DNA from: Candidatus Thorarchaeota archaeon
GTDB lineage: Archaea; Asgardarchaeota; Thorarchaeia; Thorarchaeales; Thorarchaeaceae
Direction of reading: 5' to 3'
DNA: 51,483 nt
Assembly (NCBI GenBank): GCA_048882385.1
Contig: JBHLRQ010000011.1
Coordinates: 1 to 51,483, forward strand
Shown: positions 8,963-18,386 of the stretch, one piece after another
Layout of the letters: every line of letters begins with the position of its first letter
How positions within the stretch are numbered: the first letter of the stretch is position 1
The notes under the pieces: model-generated
Told to the model about the DNA's origin: nothing
Seen by the model: the letters and a program-made list of their open reading frames with translations, nothing else
Databases searched by the model: none
Program-made: the position numbers and the translations under genes

Positions 8963-9628
8963 ATGAGTGGTGCACGGAAGCAAAGCGGTTTCCTTCAAGA
9001 GCTAGAGCGAACAGAGAGAGTGCTCGAAGTTCTACTCACAAGACTTTCTGAGTTGAACTCAGCTCTAGAACCAATAGAAAAGATGATGCGAGTAAGTGAT
9101 TTTGCATCTAGTGGAGTGTATGTTCAAGGTGCATCAAGAGGAGTAGTTTGTGTTCTGTCAGGACTAATTAGAGGAGATCCATTTGATCGCTTGCTTAGTG
9201 AGAACAAGGGTCGTGGAATACCTGCACTAATCAAAGCAGGAGATAGAAGTGAATCACAATCAACGGTAGAAAGTATTGTGAGTATGGTACATGCCAAAGA
9301 TCAATCGAAGTCAGTAGAATTTATAGTAAATCTCAGATGGTCTGTTCTCCCAAAACCAATTGAGAAAGAAAACATAATGATAGTTGGAACAAGGTATTTG
9401 TCAGGTAATCCTCAAGAAGTGAGGCGGCTTATAGTAGAATTACAAGGACTTGGTATCGAAATTCTGGAAGATGATGGTGAATTTGGAGGAGGACCTCTCG
9501 TATATGAATTCATCAAGTCATATAATAATAAACAAACACCTTTGGTTGTTGAACTAACTCTCTCACATAAACTCTCAGAAAATCAGAATTTGGTCACTAA
9601 GATTCTTAATACCCTCGCCGCGTTTTAG
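8963..9628 (+). CDS. Hypothetical protein: N-terminal coiled coil plus possible degenerate N-formylglutamate amidohydrolase (Zn-peptidase fold) domain
   Basis: 4 nt before the ligase ORF; motif order IVNLRWS / MIVGTRY / GEFGGGPL / VVELTLSHKL resembles the FGase family without its His/Glu ligands. Confidence 0.55.
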   Translation: MSGARKQSGFLQELERTERVLEVLLTRLSELNSALEPIEKMMRVSDFASSGVYVQGASRGVVCVLSGLIRGDPFDRLLSENKGRGIPALIKAGDRSESQSTVESIVSMVHAKDQSKSVEFIVNLRWSVLPKPIEKENIMIVGTRYLSGNPQEVRRLIVELQGLGIEILEDDGEFGGGPLVYEFIKSYNNKQTPLVVELTLSHKLSENQNLVTKILNTLAAF

Positions 9629-9632
9629 GTGC

Positions 9633-12600
9633 GTGAACATGGAACCGATTGCTGATAACACCGAGATGCAATTGCCTTTTCCACACGGTATTGAGATAGA
9701 ACTCCAGGTGATTCGGAAAGACGGAACTTGGATTCGCGGTGAAGATATTCTCCAAGTTTTCGACAGGATTGTATCAAGCGCAAAAAGTCTGCTGGACAAG
9801 AAAATACGCTCCTCTCCTGTAGAATCTGTAAAAAGAAAATACAAACAATCAGCACAGACAGAAGAGGGAGAAAGAGGATCTAGAATTGTAGCAGCCTATG
9901 AAGACCCCAATGGAGAACCAAAAGAATACACTCTGCTTGGCCATGATCCTAATGTGACTAGTCTAACATGGATTCTTGAAGTAGCGACTCCTCCTTGTAC
10001 AACACTCGAAGAGCTTGCATGGTGGATTCAAACACTCATAGCAATATCTCATGACTCCCTTCCAAAAGATTCGCAAGCCATCCTTGTGTCTACTGGGCTA
10101 AATCCTACACAGGAGTATCTTAGAAATCTGTCTTTTGGAGAACATCATCATATACTAAGTCATAGCGTAGATGAGAAAACGAAAATAGCAGTCTATAATA
10201 TGATTAGGAATTTCCTTCCTCATCTTATTGCAATTTCAGTCAACTCACCATTTGAGAACAAGAAACCTACTGACGAGTTAACGGTGGCTAGTGATGGAAA
10301 ACTTCGAGCACCAAGGTGCAAGAGGTCGATTAGATTATTAAGAAACACAACACAGATGGGACCAACCAACGAGTTCGAGCTGATACCATATCTCAGTGGG
10401 TCTGACAAGGAAGCCTTTGCGCGACATGTCAATAGAAGCTTTGCCAGAATGGTGGACATGTATCCTTTCACAGATTATGGTACTATTGAGATACGAGTTT
10501 TTGACACCCAATTATCAATTCCCAGAAGGATTGGGCTTGCCTTAATCCTTCAGGCTCTTGCATTGAAAGCTAAAAGAATGATTGAGAATGGCGAAACAAT
10601 ACCGGATGTTGGTCCAAAGTCTTTAGCAGCAAACAGGGCTTCAGCAATTGCAGCTGGATTATGGGGACCATTCAAACCAAGTAGTGCCTCCAAGGATTCA
10701 AATTATGTAAGAATATATGATTTCCAAGTTACTGATAACGGGGTGATAGAGGAGAAGAAGAGAAATCGTTTCCTTGGAGATGCAGTTGCATCAATGTTCT
10801 ACATGATACGAGAAGAGCTTGAGGAACTAAAGATAATGGAGAATCCATTCATGCAAGCTCTCTTGGTTTCAGTTTTTGGTAGTGAATATTCAGAACCTAG
10901 AACAACCGGTGCAGATTTTCAGCTGGATGTTTATGCAAAATCAGACTTCAATATGGTTGTTCTACTGAAAAGACTTTCAGAGGTAACAAGGGAATGTAGC
11001 ACGAATTGGCTTTATGATCCTATAGAAGGAACACCGCATTTACCAACATGGATATGCTGGTGGAAGGGTCTAGAACCAGAAATAGTAACTGACATGGAAA
11101 GAGTATTTGCAGGACAACAAGTGCAATTCAGTGTTTTTGTGAAGAACTCAACCGGACGTCGCTTAGAGAATCTTACACTCACATATTCAATTGAAGACTC
11201 AGAAAGGAATTTGGTCGAGAGTAATGTTATCTCTATTCCGGGTATTGAAACTGGTGAGATACATGTGTCTGATATGGCTTTTCAGACAAAGAAGAATATT
11301 ACAGCATACAACGTAATTGTTGAGGTTGGGTTTGTTGGGAGGGTCATCAACCTCACAAGTACAATCAATATGTATTGGATGAAAGCCTCAGTCAAACCAG
11401 GAACAACAACGCAGTTTGCAGATGGGAAGACTCCTGTTCTGTTTGATGGACAAATTGACACCAACTACCCAGCAGCAGCTTCTGTTCGTTCTCAAGTCAG
11501 CATTATTGCGCTTAGTATGGGAAAAGTGTTGACAACATCTGAGGACATACTTGATGTTGAGAGCGGTGAGTCGACTGCTTTCAACCAGTCTAAATTCAAC
11601 CCAATTCTAATTCCCTCCGATGCCTCAACAGGCGTTGAAAGATGTGTGCTTCAACTTAAACTTTTGAATGAAGATGACACAGAGATAGCAGAAGCTGTAT
11701 CAAAACCGTTCTATGTTGGATTTGTTAGGAGAGGTCCACAAGTCATTATTGACTCAGATCTCAAAACCACATATTTACCTGGGGAGTTGATATCTGGAAA
11801 CATCATAGTTAGTAATATTGGGAAGAAGAAAGAGGGAGCTGAAACTAGGTTGGCCCTTGAGTTTAGGAGTGACTCAGGGAGGTCCTATCTAATTGAAGAA
11901 TTTCTTTATCATGAGTTTATAGGTGGCGATGTGCGATTTAATTGGAAAGTTCCAACTATATCTACTGAGAGCCCAGCAGATCGTGTTGGAATTCTCAAAG
12001 TATCTCTCTCTGACAAGGGGCAAGTTATCGCAACAGCAGAATCTGATAGGATTAGAGTAGACCAAGTTACAACACGTGTAAATATTGATTCACTTCGAGT
12101 TCCAAAAAGATCACATGTTGGAGGTAAATTATCTGGTTGGCTCAGAGTTCGAAGGAATACAGAATTAGGCGAAGCAGCGGTATTGACAATGTCATTCATA
12201 TATCCTGATGGCGAAGAACATCAAGTACTAAGTCAGTCAGTGAAGCAAAGCAAGAATCTCTCATTAGCTTTCGGACCTGTTGTCATTCCAGCACCACGAA
12301 AAATCGATGATCCAAAAACGGTAACACTTGTTGCTTCTCTCAGTTATGCTGGAGTAGAGGTTGATACAAGATCAACTGAGATTGAGCTTCTAGGCGATCC
12401 ACAGGCAGATATTGCCATCATAGAATTTTCAGGTGTTCCTAGTTTCTCATCACCAGACGAGGTAATTCAACCAACAGTTCAAATAACAAGCAATCTAGAC
12501 AAGAAAACTGGTTGTGTTCTCACCGTAGAGCTTGAATCTATTGGAGGGAAAACACCCATTTTAACTCGTGAAATCAATCTTGAACCACGTCAACCACGAA

Positions 12601-13079
12601 TAATACCGATATCTGTACGGATTCCAATGAGCGCTGAGATGAGTACGGCTCATTTACGTGCCATTCTTAGATGTGGAAAGAGAGCATGTGAGAACAGACA
12701 GAGATTCAAAATTAAAGCAATAGAGAAACCAATGTTCAAAGTGAGTTTCTCAATTATGGATGAATCAGGGGAAGAAATACCAGGGCTAGTAGCAAGATTA
12801 TCCCCGATTGATATTATCGCCACAATTGAAAGTCAGAGAGAAAATGTTGAAGAGCTTTCACTAAGCATCCGAGTGATGACTGTTAGAGAGCTTGTCAAAG
12901 AATTTGATATCCCACTCCCTAATCCTGAATCAAAACGAAACACCGTCAAGGTAAGATGGATGACCCCACCAATTGATGTAGTTACAGGATACTATATTGA
13001 TGCAGTAATGATCCAATCAGGACGTCCACTCCCATCAAGGGCAGTCGATTTAATTCGAAGGCAATTCACTGTTTACTAG
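9633..13079 (+). CDS. Glutamate-cysteine ligase family 2 (GCS2/YbdK-like carboxylate-amine ligase) fused to ~6 Ig-like beta-sandwich domains
   Basis: HGIEIELQV, ILEVATPPC, GEHHH, NSPF, SIRL, YGTIEIRVFDTQ in the first ~330 aa; beta-rich ~100-115 aa units from ~11070 to the end. Confidence 0.85.
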   Translation: MNMEPIADNTEMQLPFPHGIEIELQVIRKDGTWIRGEDILQVFDRIVSSAKSLLDKKIRSSPVESVKRKYKQSAQTEEGERGSRIVAAYEDPNGEPKEYTLLGHDPNVTSLTWILEVATPPCTTLEELAWWIQTLIAISHDSLPKDSQAILVSTGLNPTQEYLRNLSFGEHHHILSHSVDEKTKIAVYNMIRNFLPHLIAISVNSPFENKKPTDELTVASDGKLRAPRCKRSIRLLRNTTQMGPTNEFELIPYLSGSDKEAFARHVNRSFARMVDMYPFTDYGTIEIRVFDTQLSIPRRIGLALILQALALKAKRMIENGETIPDVGPKSLAANRASAIAAGLWGPFKPSSASKDSNYVRIYDFQVTDNGVIEEKKRNRFLGDAVASMFYMIREELEELKIMENPFMQALLVSVFGSEYSEPRTTGADFQLDVYAKSDFNMVVLLKRLSEVTRECSTNWLYDPIEGTPHLPTWICWWKGLEPEIVTDMERVFAGQQVQFSVFVKNSTGRRLENLTLTYSIEDSERNLVESNVISIPGIETGEIHVSDMAFQTKKNITAYNVIVEVGFVGRVINLTSTINMYWMKASVKPGTTTQFADGKTPVLFDGQIDTNYPAAASVRSQVSIIALSMGKVLTTSEDILDVESGESTAFNQSKFNPILIPSDASTGVERCVLQLKLLNEDDTEIAEAVSKPFYVGFVRRGPQVIIDSDLKTTYLPGELISGNIIVSNIGKKKEGAETRLALEFRSDSGRSYLIEEFLYHEFIGGDVRFNWKVPTISTESPADRVGILKVSLSDKGQVIATAESDRIRVDQVTTRVNIDSLRVPKRSHVGGKLSGWLRVRRNTELGEAAVLTMSFIYPDGEEHQVLSQSVKQSKNLSLAFGPVVIPAPRKIDDPKTVTLVASLSYAGVEVDTRSTEIELLGDPQADIAIIEFSGVPSFSSPDEVIQPTVQITSNLDKKTGCVLTVELESIGGKTPILTREINLEPRQPRIIPISVRIPMSAEMSTAHLRAILRCGKRACENRQRFKIKAIEKPMFKVSFSIMDESGEEIPGLVARLSPIDIIATIESQRENVEELSLSIRVMTVRELVKEFDIPLPNPESKRNTVKVRWMTPPIDVVTGYYIDAVMIQSGRPLPSRAVDLIRRQFTVY

Positions 13080-13432
13080 AAATTTGAAAGAGTATTATAT
13101 GGTCATAAAATAATCATAATGCTCTTTTGATTGAAAAACGGACTATGAGCGCCCTTTTTTGGCGATATGGATATTTCGGCCATTGCCGAAAGAAACATCG
13201 TGTAATTATTGTTCGACATTTGCCGATTCCTATATGAAAATCATTATATTGGCGAATTGAAGTCAACAATTTAGCATTCCCAAGGCAAAGCTATAAATGC
13301 AAATTTTCGGCCGCAGGTTGGTAACCGGACACAACAATTAGGATATGATATATACTCATAGAACATTCGAGAATGACCGCGACCGATATTACCTGAGTTT
13401 GAAGCTATGATAACAAATTGGATGTGAAGTGA

Positions 13433-14359
13433 ATGCTGCAGATACTGACCCATCCGGCCGTTTCCGGATTATTGGTGATGACAATAGTTGGAGCTTTAGC
13501 TTACAAGCTCAACTTTGTGGACATCTCAGGTCTGATCAGTGCTTTCGTTGTAGGATTCACTATTTGGTATACTGGTGGAGTTGTATCCTTCATAATCATC
13601 CTGTTCTTCTTTATGAGCGCAGGCATAGCAACAAAGATGAAGTATAAAGAAAAAGCAAAGCAGAATTTGGCTCAGGAAGGCAAGGGCAAACGGTCATGGA
13701 AAAATGTCTTTGGTAGCGGAATAATCCCAATGATGTTCTCGATAGGGATGTATTTGACGAGTTTATCACCAGAACTGAATGCAGCAAGCTGGCCGTTCCT
13801 GATGTTTGGTGGATATATTGGAGCTGTGGCTACCACAAGCGCAGACACACTCGCGAGCGAGATCGGAGTATTCAGTAAGAGCAAGCCTCGTCTAATTACA
13901 AACCTTCGGCGGAAAGTACCACGAGGTACAATTGGAGCAGTATCACTTCTTGGAGAAGGAGCAGCTCTCTTTGCTGGATTTTTCATTGGTGTTCTTGCAC
14001 TTATCATCGCACTCCTCGCTCCAAGTTTGGTACCTGCAGTCACTACAACAGACCAACTGATTGTGCTTGTTCCGCTGTCAATGTTGACCGCATTCATCGG
14101 ATGTAATCTTGACAGTGTATTTGGAGCAGTTCTACAAAATAGATTCGTATGCGAAATATGTGGTGCAGTCACTGACAAGGAGTTTCATTGCAACTATGAA
14201 ACGAAGTATGTTGGCGGCTTCAAGAGCTTCACAAACATGCATGTGAATCTTGGTTCTTCTGGAATGGGCGCAACTCTAGGAATCATTTTGGGTGCGGGGC
14301 TATTCGTCTGGATACTTGGAGGCCTATTCTTCTGGATAGCTGCTTCTTCTAGCAGTTGA
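13433..14359 (+). CDS. DUF92/TMEM19-family membrane protein with CxxC..HC zinc-ribbon insert
   Basis: KRSWKNVFGSG, ADTLASEIG, GAVSLLGE, DSVFGAVLQ, CEICG...HC, NMHVN. Confidence 0.88.
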   Translation: MLQILTHPAVSGLLVMTIVGALAYKLNFVDISGLISAFVVGFTIWYTGGVVSFIIILFFFMSAGIATKMKYKEKAKQNLAQEGKGKRSWKNVFGSGIIPMMFSIGMYLTSLSPELNAASWPFLMFGGYIGAVATTSADTLASEIGVFSKSKPRLITNLRRKVPRGTIGAVSLLGEGAALFAGFFIGVLALIIALLAPSLVPAVTTTDQLIVLVPLSMLTAFIGCNLDSVFGAVLQNRFVCEICGAVTDKEFHCNYETKYVGGFKSFTNMHVNLGSSGMGATLGIILGAGLFVWILGGLFFWIAASSSS

Positions 14360-15701
14360 TTGACCGGGATTCAAATTCTATCGCATATTCAACAGATTTT
14401 ATAGAATCAACTCCTTCAGACATCCTCTTCAAAAGCCCAGAAACAAACAGTTCAGAAAGATCAGCTGAATCATATTCACAGGAGATAACCTGATCCAATC
14501 CATCAACAGAACTGAAACGGTACTTCTTTTTCGATAGTTTGATGATCATCGCAGCCTCACTAATTCCTCTAAGTTTCGGTAAAGGTTTAGGTCCCAAGAG
14601 CTGTCTAAGGAATTTCCATGCGCGATTCGATATTAGTAAAGTATCTACCTGAGATAGTACAGGCTTCAATCGATTGAGTCCAAGTTCCCAAAATGGTACG
14701 GAACATCGATACACTGTCGGAATTCCTCGAGCTTTAGCATGAGCAGCAATTGCTGCGGCAACTTCAACGAATACTTCACCTATGTAAACAACCTTGGATG
14801 TTTCCAGCTCATTCCACGGAACTTGTGAAGGAGAAGTAATTGAAAGTGAAGTGGATGAACCAACACCTACGAGAGTCCTCGAACCTTTCTTTCCTTCGCC
14901 AATGATGAAGGTTTCATTGGTACGTTTATTATCTTCCACTACAATATGACTGACATCTACACCTCCTTGGATGAGATTACTGATAATATTCCAGCCATCC
15001 ATGTCATTACCAACTGATGATACCAAGACTGTTTCTAGAGCCTCTCTTGCCAAAGAAAGTGCGAGATCCAAAGTTGGTCCTCCAGGGTAGCGAACAGGCG
15101 AACTACAACTCGCAAGAGCTCCAAGAGCAGGAAGTTTATCACACTCGATCTGGGTATTGACTGCAGATGCGCCAAATAATATGAATGCAGGTTTCTTGTA
15201 TGTTTTTGACCCGTCAAGTAAAGCTTTGCCTCTCATCCGTGCAAAAATCTCAAAGAGTGCGGACTCAGGAATTCCCTGATCTCTGTAAAGTGTAGCTAAC
15301 CTTGTTAAATAATCTTCAAGTAGGAATGCAGTCAATTCTTCAATGTCAGATGGAAGTCCTTCAAAATAGAATCTTGCGAGACCCCATCCATTCTTTGTTA
15401 GTTCATGATACACAACTCGTTTTCCATTATGTATTGTCGTCCCAGTTGTGATAAGGTCAAACCTCTGTAAGGTCTTCAAGTAGGAGAGCACACTCTTGTT
15501 GGAGTGTTGCAAGTTCTCAACAAGGTCTCGCTGCAAGACACGTCCCTCCTCACTGAAACTGGAGAGCACGCTTCGAGCAATACGGGATGCAAGCACAGAT
15601 CGAATGAAATCATCTCTAGCTTCATGTTCAGCTGGTAGAAAGAGAAGGTATGGCCAAAGAGGCTCAGTGGAGTTTGATTTCGTCATTCCCAACATCTTCA
15701 A
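14349..15701 (-). CDS. Winged-helix transcriptional regulator fused to a degenerate PfkB/ribokinase-like domain (start uncertain)
   Basis: wHTH (QRDLVENLQHSNKSVLSYLKTLQRFDLI...YHELTKNG); PfkB-like PGG, VGNDMDG, GVDVSHI; no DTxGAGD motif. Confidence 0.8.
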   Translation of the reverse strand: MKMLGMTKSNSTEPLWPYLLFLPAEHEARDDFIRSVLASRIARSVLSSFSEEGRVLQRDLVENLQHSNKSVLSYLKTLQRFDLITTGTTIHNGKRVVYHELTKNGWGLARFYFEGLPSDIEELTAFLLEDYLTRLATLYRDQGIPESALFEIFARMRGKALLDGSKTYKKPAFILFGASAVNTQIECDKLPALGALASCSSPVRYPGGPTLDLALSLAREALETVLVSSVGNDMDGWNIISNLIQGGVDVSHIVVEDNKRTNETFIIGEGKKGSRTLVGVGSSTSLSITSPSQVPWNELETSKVVYIGEVFVEVAAAIAAHAKARGIPTVYRCSVPFWELGLNRLKPVLSQVDTLLISNRAWKFLRQLLGPKPLPKLRGISEAAMIIKLSKKKYRFSSVDGLDQVISCEYDSADLSELFVSGLLKRMSEGVDSIKSVEYAIEFESRSINC

Positions 15702-15787
15702 ATAGTGGTTTGATATGCGAAACTGGTGTATATTCCTACCTATGTAGTTTACTAATGTACACTAAATAAAGAGAATAGGTCATCTCG

Positions 15788-16579
15788 ATGTCAATCTCGT
15801 CACAATCTAAAGCATACCCATGGGCATTAACAGGGATTTTCGCTGCGGTTCATCTCATTATCACATTAATACCATATAACATTGCTATTGGTGGAGAAGG
15901 TGCAATATCGTTTGGTCTCATATCAGCTCCCATTGTAGGATTCCTTCTCGGACCATTCTTTGGGGTCATTTCAGTATTAATAGGTTCAGAAATTGCTATG
16001 TTGATGTTTCCATCATTAGCACTAATTGGACCATTTACAGCGATTGCAACAGCTTTTGGAGCATTTGGAGCAGGTGCTCTGAGAACAAAATGGCGATTTT
16101 CAGTTCCAGTTGCCTATCTCATTTTCATGGGAGTATTTATTATTGGTCCGATTGGACTGTTGCTCCCCCAATTTCTTATATTCCAGGTCATCGTATTCCT
16201 GCTTTCCTTGGTATTCGTGATACCAAAAGTTTCGAAGCTATTTCTGGAACCGTTCAGGCGGAGAAGGGATTTCAACAGAGCATTTGGTCTTTTTTCAATA
16301 TGGTTGCTAAGCATAGTTGCAGTCACTCTGGACCATGTGTTTGGCTTAGCACTAGGAGTCTTTTGGTTTAACATTGCCTTGGCTGTTGACCCGACGACCA
16401 TTGCTGTGTGGTTCGCTCCTGCACTCTTGATCATACCAATTGAGAGAATCGTTGGTTCGGTAATTGTGGCATTAATCTTGGCAGCTCTAATTGAAGTTCT
16501 TGTTAGAAACGATTTCAATTTGCCATTAACACGCATTGGAAGTTATGAATTGCTTGAGTTGAGTGAAGAGGAAATCTAG
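15788..16579 (+). CDS. Integral membrane protein, ECF-transporter S-component-like
   Basis: Multiple TM helices; APIVGFLLGPFFG..IG pattern; C-terminal IPIER. Confidence 0.6.
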   Translation: MSISSQSKAYPWALTGIFAAVHLIITLIPYNIAIGGEGAISFGLISAPIVGFLLGPFFGVISVLIGSEIAMLMFPSLALIGPFTAIATAFGAFGAGALRTKWRFSVPVAYLIFMGVFIIGPIGLLLPQFLIFQVIVFLLSLVFVIPKVSKLFLEPFRRRRDFNRAFGLFSIWLLSIVAVTLDHVFGLALGVFWFNIALAVDPTTIAVWFAPALLIIPIERIVGSVIVALILAALIEVLVRNDFNLPLTRIGSYELLELSEEEI

Positions 16580-16611
16580 CTCACACAAAAGGAGGAGCTT
16601 TTCTCGCAAAC

Positions 16612-16657
16612 GTCGGAGGAATTTTGCTGGCCTTCCTCCGACACCTTTTCTCTTTTT
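16612..16657 (+). terminator. Putative terminator
   Basis: Perfect 10-bp stem gtcggaggaa/ttcctccgac followed by cttttctcttttt. Confidence 0.65.
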
Positions 16658-16787
16658 GAAATTCTGCGGTATAGAGACGAAGCTTCATAAGAGTTCACAC
16701 AAAAGAATTACGTGAAATGGGGTCCTCGGATCCTGTTCGATATTTCGTCTGCACAAGTCGTGTGTGGAAGGAAGGAGCAAGAAAGAA

Positions 16788-17624
16788 TTGCAATTTGTAA
16801 TAGATGAATACTTACTACTAATGTTGGTCATCGTGCTCGCGTTCTTCATTCTGATGTTTGTAGCTAGTGGGATAAAAGTCCTAAAAGAATGGGAGCGTGT
16901 TGCTGTGCTTAGGCTTGGGAAGTTCAAGCACATTCGAGGACCAGGTGTAATCTGGGTCACTCCAATTCTTGATAAAATTGCCATGAAGGTCTCTTTGAGG
17001 CTTCTTACATATGCTTTCAAGACAGAGAGATCACTAACTAAAGACAACGTTCCGGTCGTCGTTGACGCTGTTATGTACTTCAGAGTCATTGATGTTGAGA
17101 AAGCTATCCTTAGCGTCGAGAGATACACAGTAGCCGTAGAGCTTGGAGCACAGACAACACTGAGAGAAACAACTGGTAAAGTCACACTTGACGAGCTTCT
17201 TTCAGAGAGAGACAAGATTGCAGAACACCTTCAAGAGCTCATTGATGAGAAGACGGAGCACTGGGGTGTGAAAGTCACTAGTGTAGAGATACGTGATGTA
17301 GTTATTCCTGCAGCACTTCAGGATGCAATGAGCCGCGAAGCTCAAGCTGACAGAGAGGGAAGAGCCAGAATCATATTGGCTCAAGCAGAACTTGAAGCTG
17401 CTGAAAATATGTTGAAAGCAGCCAAAAGATACGAGGAGTCTCAAGTTGGTTTCGTATTACGTACATGGAACATTATGCAAGAGATTTCCAAGAATGCCAA
17501 CCTCATCATCATGGTCCCCACGAATATACCTGAGGTGGGCGTGACAACTGGAGTCGCGGCAGCTATGTCAGCTGGAACTGGTGGAATGCGAGTACCTCAA
17601 GATAAAGGAACGGTGAAAGAATAG
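16788..17624 (+). CDS. SPFH/band-7 (stomatin-like) protein
   Basis: EWERVAVLRLGK, LTKDNVPVVVDAV, AQTTLRE, WGVKVTSVEIRDV, AMSREAQADRE; TTG at 16788 after GGAG preferred to GTG at 16764. Confidence 0.93.
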   Translation: MQFVIDEYLLLMLVIVLAFFILMFVASGIKVLKEWERVAVLRLGKFKHIRGPGVIWVTPILDKIAMKVSLRLLTYAFKTERSLTKDNVPVVVDAVMYFRVIDVEKAILSVERYTVAVELGAQTTLRETTGKVTLDELLSERDKIAEHLQELIDEKTEHWGVKVTSVEIRDVVIPAALQDAMSREAQADREGRARIILAQAELEAAENMLKAAKRYEESQVGFVLRTWNIMQEISKNANLIIMVPTNIPEVGVTTGVAAAMSAGTGGMRVPQDKGTVKE

Positions 17625-17650
17625 ACATTCGGAAGTAGGATGAGAGAAAG

Positions 17651-18346
17651 ATGGATGCGTGGATTAAGATTCTGGTTGTCATGATCATGTTTTCAGCGAT
17701 TAGCATGGTAATGACATATGTTCTCATTGATCCATTCATTGGTCTGATTCTATTAGGTGTGCTTCTGACACTCCTTGTGCTCACACTGGAACCAGCAACA
17801 GGAAAAGCAATGGCACAAGTGACAGTACCCCTTGTGATTATACTGTTCGTGATGCAGGTATTCTTCAATCCGCTTTTCATATTCAATGATTGGATGCTTT
17901 TGATAATCGGATTAGTTCTCTATCTGATGTTCACGATTTTCACAGGTGGAAGTAGCTTCACAGAGGGGGGTTTCATTGATGCCAAAGTATCACTGAAACT
18001 ATTTCCTCTATATGGGGTGGCGATTTTTCTATCAGTACTTATCGATGAAACTCGTCAATTGACAGTCTACATTATGTCTGGTACTGTCTTTTGCTTGATG
18101 ATTCTTTATTTTGCATTCCTCAGGGACTATGACAAGTGGCCTACATATTCTCAATTCAAGTACTCTGACATACATGCCACCACTGACATCAATCCTAAGG
18201 GCAAAGTGAAAACAGGTGCTGAAATCTGGTGGGCAAAGACAACTGGACCTCCAATAAAAGCTGGAGAAAAAGTTGTCATTGAAGGAATAACGGGTATGAC
18301 AATGCTCGTTCGAAGGCCAGATGACATCTCAGTTTCAGATCAATAA
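17651..18346 (+). CDS. NfeD-like membrane protein (TM helices + C-terminal OB fold)
   Basis: INPKGKVKTGAEIWWAK...IKAGEKVVIEGITGMTMLVR; follows SPFH gene. Confidence 0.85.
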   Translation: MDAWIKILVVMIMFSAISMVMTYVLIDPFIGLILLGVLLTLLVLTLEPATGKAMAQVTVPLVIILFVMQVFFNPLFIFNDWMLLIIGLVLYLMFTIFTGGSSFTEGGFIDAKVSLKLFPLYGVAIFLSVLIDETRQLTVYIMSGTVFCLMILYFAFLRDYDKWPTYSQFKYSDIHATTDINPKGKVKTGAEIWWAKTTGPPIKAGEKVVIEGITGMTMLVRRPDDISVSDQ

Positions 18347-18386
18347 TGAGAACTTCAAGAAGGGAACGGAAAAACCCGAACCCTTC

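Noticed and set aside
9633-11070. Calling the ligase a PafA/Dop pupylation enzyme or a glutathione-pathway GshA
   Set aside because: Motifs (ELQV, NSPF, GTIEIRVFD) fit the GCS2/YbdK branch; no GGE/GGQ-ending Pup-like ORF, proteasome subunit or glutathione synthetase gene is adjacent
13155-13165. tttggcga as an E2F binding site
   Set aside because: Does not match TTTSSCGC fully, is short, and is far from the E2F-like gene
16685-17886. Antisense ORFs of 176, 80 and 107 aa over SPFH/NfeD (and similar ones over dppD/F, DUF92, 41052-41576, 42449-42895)
   Set aside because: Opposite-strand shadows of well-supported genes with no motifs or RBS
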